Shown one piece after another: positions 18,662-24,000 of a DNA stretch of 24,000 nucleotides. The stretch lies in contig JAAUOM010000045.1 of the NCBI GenBank assembly GCA_012034865.1, positions 1 through 24,000 on the forward strand, written 5' to 3'. Position 1 is the stretch's first letter. Every line of letters starts with the position of its first letter. Under the pieces are notes generated by a model. It had not been told where the DNA came from. It was given only the letters and a program-made list of their open reading frames with translations, and made no database searches. Source of the stretch: Acaryochloris sp. CRU_2_0 (lineage in GTDB: Bacteria > Cyanobacteriota > Cyanobacteriia > Thermosynechococcales > Thermosynechococcaceae). The translations under genes were made by a program, and so were the position numbers.

Positions 18662-19476
18662 ATGCAAAAATTTTGGACATCTGTGGTTACCTTTGCCCAG
18701 ACGGTTACCCAGCAAGTTGGAGAACGGTTACTCACAGAATTTGGAACGACCCAAGCGATGACTAAGGCTGATGGCAGTTTGGTGACTCCTTCGGATCAAT
18801 GGGCTGATCAGTTTCTGCGACAAGCTATTGGCACGGTCTTTCCTGAGCATGGGGTTTTGAGCGAAGAATCAGACCATATTTTCCCGCCCCAAGCCTGGTG
18901 CTGGATTATTGACCCCATTGATGGCACCACTAACTTTGCTCAGGGGATGCCGATCTGGAGTATTTCCTTGGGGCTTTTGTATCAGGGTATCCCAGTATTT
19001 GGTTTAGTGCATGTGCCGCCCTTGCAGCAAACGTTTCATGGGTTTTGGTCTGCGCCAGAACAGAACAATGGAGCCTATTGCAACCAACGCCCCATCCACA
19101 CTCGTAGGGATCCACCAGGGGCAAATCAGTTTTTAGCCTTTGCGCCCGCAGCCTAGCAGTCTTGCAGAACTCCTTTCCCTGTAAAATTCGCATATTAGGC
19201 TCAGCGAGTTATAACCTATTAACGGTAGCCCAAGGCATTACCCTGGGGGCAGTGGAAGCCACACCTAAAATTTGGGATATTGCTGGGGCTTGGCCGATTA
19301 TTCAGGCGGCGGGGGGCACTTGGGTATCCCTGGGGAAAGATCCCATTTTTCCGTTGGTAGTGGGACAAAACTATGCTCAGGTTGCCTATTCGACTTTAGT
19401 GGTGAGTCAAGCCCAGTGGGTAGATCAATTTCAGCCCTTAGTGACTATAATTGGCCAACCCAATCAACCCCATTGA
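18662..19476 (+). pseudogene. Inositol monophosphatase family protein, split by a 1-nt deletion in a T5 run (19130-19134)
   Basis: The first ORF carries the metal-binding motifs LSEESD and WIIDPIDGTTNF and ends ...ANQFLAFAPAA*. The second frame reads ...FSLCARSLAVLQNSFPCKIRILGSASYNLL...ATPKIWDIAGAWPIIQAAGG, the IMPase C-terminal half. Six Ts instead of five fuse the two halves as ANQFFSLCARS. Confidence 0.8.
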
Positions 19477-19511
19477 AACCATTCATCATCTCTAAGTTTG
19501 AGCTATTAAAC

Positions 19512-19922
19512 ATGCAATCTGATGATTTCGCCAGAATCCAACAGGCTCAAGCAGCCCTAGCCAGTTTTGCTAGGATACAATCCCCACCCTTAGACACTCC
19601 AGCGGCAAGGGAAGCGGTAAAGGCAGCACTGTTGACCTTATCTGAGGCGGCTGACTATCAGATGTTTGGCATCTTGGCAGACCGTTTTGACCAAGGTATG
19701 GCCACTTTGCAAGCCTATGCCCAAGCCTTTGGCTATGAATTACCGACCTACGAGCAAGAGCCTGTTGCGGGTTCGGTATACATTAAATTTAATCCCAATC
19801 TCGGCAGTTACTACATCAGCAGCTATACCCAGGAACATCGTGGGGTACTGGTATCCTATCAATCTGCCATCAATGAAACGATTAACCAGACCTACGGTCA
19901 TTTTCCGCTGGATCTATTTTGA
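19512..19922 (+). CDS. Conserved cyanobacterial hypothetical protein, DUF1824-like from memory
   Basis: 136-aa reading from ATG 19512 (MQSDDFARIQQ...GHFPLDLF). The track ORF (19272-) extends upstream into the IMPase gene and is probably too long. The family assignment is from recollection only. Confidence 0.55.
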   Translation: MQSDDFARIQQAQAALASFARIQSPPLDTPAAREAVKAALLTLSEAADYQMFGILADRFDQGMATLQAYAQAFGYELPTYEQEPVAGSVYIKFNPNLGSYYISSYTQEHRGVLVSYQSAINETINQTYGHFPLDLF

Positions 19923-20037
19923 TCGCCTTGATCCATGTTATAAAGTGTCACCCCTGACCCGTTGATCTGAGATCGGATCCCATAAAATTTTGGCAGCCTA
20001 TTAATTGGGCCGCCAACAGCCACCCAAGGAGACGGTA

Positions 20038-20774
20038 ATGCCTACTGGCGAAGTTCTCTATGAAGGCAAAGCCAAAATTATCTACCGAACCGAGGATCCT
20101 GAGATCCTGTTAGCCCAGTATAAGGATGATGCGACGGCCTTTAATGCACAAAAGCGCGGCACGATTCTGAATAAGGGCAAAATTAATTGTGCGATCGCCA
20201 CCCATCTGTTCAAAGTCCTAGAAGCCGCAGAGATTGCCACCCATTTTGTGGATCAGCCCGCGCCTGAGCAAATGCGGATCCGAGCCGTCAAAATTGTGCC
20301 GTTGGAAGTGGTGGTCAGGAACATTGCTGCCGGGAGTCTCTGTCAACAAACAGGACTGGATCTCGGTTTACCCTTGTCTCAACCTTTAGTCGATTACTAC
20401 TACAAAGATGATGCCCTCGGTGACCCCTTATTAACACCGGATCGGATTTTTTGTTGGCTTTAGCCACCCCTGAGCAATTAGGGCAACTGCGGCAATTAGC
20501 CCTACGCATTAACGAGATCCTGATGGATTTTTTTCATCAGTGTGGGATTACCTTAGTGGACTTCAAGCTGGAATTTGGCCTGACCTCCGATCAGCAGGTA
20601 TTGCTGGCGGATGAGATTAGTCCAGATACTTGTCGATTATGGGATGACACCGAAGCGGATCCCGATCTGCGGGTGATGGATAAAGATCGGTTTCGGCGAG
20701 ACTTGGGGGAAGTGGATACTGCCTATGCCCGTGTCATGGAGCGGGTTCTAGGGCAAGACATATACGTACCCTAA
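20038..20774 (+). pseudogene. purC: Phosphoribosylaminoimidazole-succinocarboxamide (SAICAR) synthase PurC, split by a 1-nt deletion in a T6 run (20447-20452)
   Basis: ATG 20038 is preceded by AAGGAG. The N-terminal half (LYEGKAKIIYRT...VPLEVVVRNIAAGS) ends ...PDRIFCWL*. The second frame continues LLALATPEQLGQL...LVDFKLEFG...LADEISPDTCRLWD. Seven Ts restore DRIFLLALATPEQ. Confidence 0.9.
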
Positions 20775-20866
20775 CCGGGTGCGATAAAATACTCCCTGTT
20801 TTGGATTTTCTTAAGGATTACCTTGGCAGTCATTGTTGTTCAGTTCAGTTGTGTGTGGTGTGTGAA

Positions 20867-23278
20867 GTGACTCAATCTCAATCGATCCAGATTCTCAGTC
20901 TTCCACCGATCCTCGGTGCAACGGTGATCATGGCGATGGCCGTCGGTGGGGCAGACCCTGCTCATAGCGAAACCCTCAGACCAACTAACGCCACCCCTGC
21001 AATCACTCTAGCCCCAACGGAACCAAAGGCAAGAGAGATCGCCCCTGAGCCAGGGACTGCGATCGCCCAATTACCCACGGAGGAACCTCCCACTCAATCA
21101 GTACCTGTGTTTCCCTCATCGTCTCCACCTCAGCCATCGCCAGAGGTGAAGGAAACGCCTGATACTCCTGACAGTTCACCTGAAAGTTCAACACAGGAGA
21201 CTCCTGATTCTGCTGAGGTCAGTCCCCCCGAACAGACCTCCCCTAGCCCAGCTACGCCCCAAGATACGCCCCCAGAGGAACCTGTGGCTCCTCAGCCCCC
21301 TGCTACCGAAGAAGGCGTACCCTCGCCCTCCCCTGCTGCGGAACAGAACCCCATTACGCCTCCAGGTCAACCCTCTGCACCTGCACCACCATTACCGGTT
21401 CCCAGTGGTGATATTCCCAGCACTCAACCAGGGACAACCCCGCCCACCACGCCCTCAGAGCAACCCCCTGTGCCTGCTCCTGGTGAGAGTACCACTGAAC
21501 CTGCTGCCCCTGAGCCAGAAGTGTTGGTGTCTGAAGTCGTGGTGGAAGGAGCCGAAGGAGATTTAGCGATCAATGCCTATGAGGCCATTAGTACGCGACC
21601 GGGACAAATAACAACGCGATCGCAAATTCAATCCGATATCAATGCCGTCTTTGGCACCGGTTTTTTCAGCAATGTCAGAGCCGAACCCACGGATACCCCA
21701 CTGGGGGTCAGGGTCACCTTTTTTGTGCAGCCCAACCCGACCTTAAAAACAGTGCAAATCACGGGCAATCAAGTCCTCACCCAAGAAAAAGTAGATGAGA
21801 TTTTTAAGCCACAATACGGTCGGATTTTAAATCTTCGGGATTTACAAGCGGGCGTCACCCGTGTGAACAAATACTATCAAGATCAAGGGTATGTTCTTGC
21901 CCAAGTCGTGGGCGTTCCCCAAATTGATCCAAATGGCACGGTGACTTTGCAGGTGGCAGAGGGCGTGGTTGAAGAAATTGATGTCCGCTATATCACGGAA
22001 GAGGGTGAACCCAAGAAGGGCAAAACCCGCGAATTCATTATCACCCGAGAAATGCGGACTGCGCCGGGAACCCCCCTCAACCGCAACAAACTCCAGGCTG
22101 ATCTCCAGCGAGTATTTGGCTTGGGCTTGTTTGAAGATGTCAAGGTGGCCTTGGAACCTGGTCAAGATCCGCGCAAGGTCGTCGTCAATCTTAATGTCCA
22201 AGAACGGAGTACGGCTAGCTTCTCTGCTGGTGCGGGCTTTAGCTCTCGCAGTGGTTTCTTTGGTACGGGGTCTTTTACAGAAAATAATTTGGGAGGAAAC
22301 AATCAAAAACTCAATGTTCAAGCTCAGGCCGGGACACGGGAATTTTTGTTTGATGTGGGTTTTACAGATCCTTGGATTGCGGGTGATCCGCATCATTCCT
22401 CTTACAGTGTCAACATTTTTAACCGTCTTACCCTGCCGTTGGTGTTTGATAACGGTCCTACAGATATTAACCTCCCCAATGGCGATACCCCTCGGGTCAA
22501 CCGCTTGGGTATGAGTGCCGTCTATAACCGACCCTTTACAACGGATCTCGATAAGTTAGGTCAAGCCTGGACTGGATCGGTGGGGATCCAATATCAGCGT
22601 ATTTCCATTCGAGATAGTGACTTTTCCATTTCCCCCGTTGATCAACTGGGCAATCCCCTCAGCTTTAGTGGGTCGGGGGAAGATGACTTGTTCACCGTGC
22701 AGTTAGGGCTGGGTCGAGATTTACGGGATAACCCTCTGGAACCGACCAAAGGATCTGCACTGCGGTTCGGGGTTGAGCAATCGATTCCCGTTGGCTCAGG
22801 GAGTATCTTGATGACTCGCCTGCGTGGCAGCTACAGTTACTTCATCCCCGTGAAATTCACCAAATTTACCAAAGGCCCGCAAACTTTAGCATTTAATGTC
22901 CAAGCTGGAACTATTCTGGGGGATCTTCCTCCCTATGAAGCCTTCTCCTTAGGGGGCAGTTCCTCCGTGCGGGGTTACGGGGAAGGAGACTTGGGGAGTG
23001 GCCGTAGCTTCATGCAAGCTACGGCGGAATACCGCTTCCCCTTGATCAATCTCCTGGGTGGCATTGGCGCGGTACTCTTCGTCGATGTGGGCAGTAACTT
23101 AGGCACCCAAAGTAATGTCCCAGGCCAACCCGGTGTTGTTCGGGATAAACCCGGAATCGGATTCGGTTACGGGATAGGAGTGCGGGTGAAAACACCCATT
23201 GGTCCAGTGCGTCTCGATTATGGCATTAACGATGATGGCGAGAATCGCTTCCACTTTGGCTTTGGTCAGCGATTCTAA
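20867..23278 (+). CDS. bamA: Outer-membrane protein assembly factor BamA / cyanobacterial Omp85 (Toc75-like) with a Pro-rich N-terminal region
   Basis: POTRA-like repeats (VSEVVVEGAEG..., LKTVQITGNQVL..., VVEEIDVRYI...) are followed by a surface-antigen D15 beta-barrel ending in the OMP signature ...RFHFGFGQRF. The start is uncertain: the track uses TTG 20801, while GTG 20867 gives a signal-peptide-like N-terminus (ILSLPPILGATVIMAMAVGGADPAHS). Confidence 0.85.
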   Translation: MTQSQSIQILSLPPILGATVIMAMAVGGADPAHSETLRPTNATPAITLAPTEPKAREIAPEPGTAIAQLPTEEPPTQSVPVFPSSSPPQPSPEVKETPDTPDSSPESSTQETPDSAEVSPPEQTSPSPATPQDTPPEEPVAPQPPATEEGVPSPSPAAEQNPITPPGQPSAPAPPLPVPSGDIPSTQPGTTPPTTPSEQPPVPAPGESTTEPAAPEPEVLVSEVVVEGAEGDLAINAYEAISTRPGQITTRSQIQSDINAVFGTGFFSNVRAEPTDTPLGVRVTFFVQPNPTLKTVQITGNQVLTQEKVDEIFKPQYGRILNLRDLQAGVTRVNKYYQDQGYVLAQVVGVPQIDPNGTVTLQVAEGVVEEIDVRYITEEGEPKKGKTREFIITREMRTAPGTPLNRNKLQADLQRVFGLGLFEDVKVALEPGQDPRKVVVNLNVQERSTASFSAGAGFSSRSGFFGTGSFTENNLGGNNQKLNVQAQAGTREFLFDVGFTDPWIAGDPHHSSYSVNIFNRLTLPLVFDNGPTDINLPNGDTPRVNRLGMSAVYNRPFTTDLDKLGQAWTGSVGIQYQRISIRDSDFSISPVDQLGNPLSFSGSGEDDLFTVQLGLGRDLRDNPLEPTKGSALRFGVEQSIPVGSGSILMTRLRGSYSYFIPVKFTKFTKGPQTLAFNVQAGTILGDLPPYEAFSLGGSSSVRGYGEGDLGSGRSFMQATAEYRFPLINLLGGIGAVLFVDVGSNLGTQSNVPGQPGVVRDKPGIGFGYGIGVRVKTPIGPVRLDYGINDDGENRFHFGFGQRF

Positions 23279-23283
23279 ACCAC

Positions 23284-24000
23284 ATGGCTGGGGTGGAGTC
23301 ATTGTCTAGGGAAAGTAGCGGTGCAGAGTTGGCGATCGCATCTGCCTACCAACATACCCTCCAAGACAGCTTTACCCTAGCCGGGATTGGCTTGCATACG
23401 GGGACACCAACCCAGGTGTCGGTTCATCCGGCTGACCCCGATCAAGGTCGCTATTTTATCCGAACCGACTTAGACCCACCCGTCCGCATTGCCGCCCATC
23501 TCTCTACCGTCCATGACACGCAGTTCTCAACGACGTTAATGCAAGCAGGCGTAAGGGTGGGCATGGTGGAGCATCTTTTAGCCGCCTTAGTCGGGTTGGG
23601 GATTGATAATGCTCAGATCGAAGTCCAGGGTGCGGAGGTTCCCCTCTTAGATGGCTCTGCTCAGCCTTGGGTAGACCAGATTCTGGCAATAGGTTGGCAG
23701 AGTCAATCTATACCTCGCCGCGTTGCATCCCTCCATCAAGCTGTTGTGGCGCAAGCAGAAGAGGCTTTTGTGATGGCGCTGCCCCATCCCCAGATCTTGT
23801 TCAGTTATGGTATTGATTTTCCCCAGGCTGCTATTGGCCGACAGTGGTGTCGTTTTAGCCTCAAGGACTTTGGGTTAGCCATCGCCCCAGCGCGGACGTT
23901 TGGCCGTCTTGAAGATGTAGAAAGCCTACGGACTAGAGGATTGATTAAAGGTGGTAGTCTAGAAAATGCCCTAGTTTGTGATCAGGACAAATGGCTGAAT
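23284..24000 (+). CDS. lpxC: UDP-3-O-acyl-N-acetylglucosamine deacetylase LpxC, 3'-truncated by the window edge
   Basis: This gene is not in the ORF track because it has no stop within the window. By manual translation from ATG 23284, 5 nt after the bamA stop, the frame stays open to 24000. It reads ...QHTLQDSFTLAGIGLHTGTPTQVSVHPA...VGMVEHLLAAL...PLLDGSAQPW...ARTFGRLEDVESLRTRGLIKGGSLENALVCD, which are LpxC hallmarks. Confidence 0.9.
   Translation, partial: MAGVESLSRESSGAELAIASAYQHTLQDSFTLAGIGLHTGTPTQVSVHPADPDQGRYFIRTDLDPPVRIAAHLSTVHDTQFSTTLMQAGVRVGMVEHLLAALVGLGIDNAQIEVQGAEVPLLDGSAQPWVDQILAIGWQSQSIPRRVASLHQAVVAQAEEAFVMALPHPQILFSYGIDFPQAAIGRQWCRFSLKDFGLAIAPARTFGRLEDVESLRTRGLIKGGSLENALVCDQDKWLN

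Noticed and set aside
19272-19511. N-terminal 80 aa of track ORF 19272-19922 as a real coding extension
   Set aside because: It overlaps the IMPase C-terminal half in another frame and has Gly/Ser-rich nonsense-like composition. The conserved part begins at ATG 19512.
20980-21520. Pro-rich coding repeats as a separate gene or tandem DNA repeat array
   Set aside because: The region is continuous in frame with the POTRA and beta-barrel domains of bamA. The repetition is at the compositional level only, with no exact tandem nucleotide repeats.

Overview
This is a cyanobacterial chromosomal segment. It has 15 copies of the HIP1 octamer GCGATCGC and carries the photosynthesis genes petH and chlP. 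Most of the window is conserved housekeeping, in this order: petH(-), chlP(+), a small secreted ORF(-), phoD(-), moaA(-), a 2Fe-2S protein, a SpoIIM-family membrane protein, chrA, ureF-ureG, urtABCDE, an inositol-monophosphatase-family gene, a small conserved ORF, purC, bamA/omp85, and lpxC, which runs off the 3' end. The only clearly accessory DNA is an AT-rich, HIP1-free island of about 2.3 kb (roughly 4.8-7.2 kb) between phoD and moaA. It carries a two-gene type II restriction-modification cassette: a 237-aa putative PD-(D/E)xK-like endonuclease, followed by a cytosine-5 DNA methyltransferase with an N-terminal MerR/excisionase-type HTH. The methyltransferase is split by a 1-nt deletion in an A-run. 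Three other conserved genes (urtC, the IMPase-family gene and the essential purC) are also split by single-base deletions in short homopolymers, so all four frameshifts are most simply explained as sequencing or assembly errors. A candidate NtcA-type promoter lies upstream of urtA. I found no rRNA, tRNA, CRISPR array, transposase or integrase. I do not see a convincing novel multi-gene system; the R-M island is the best candidate for follow-up.
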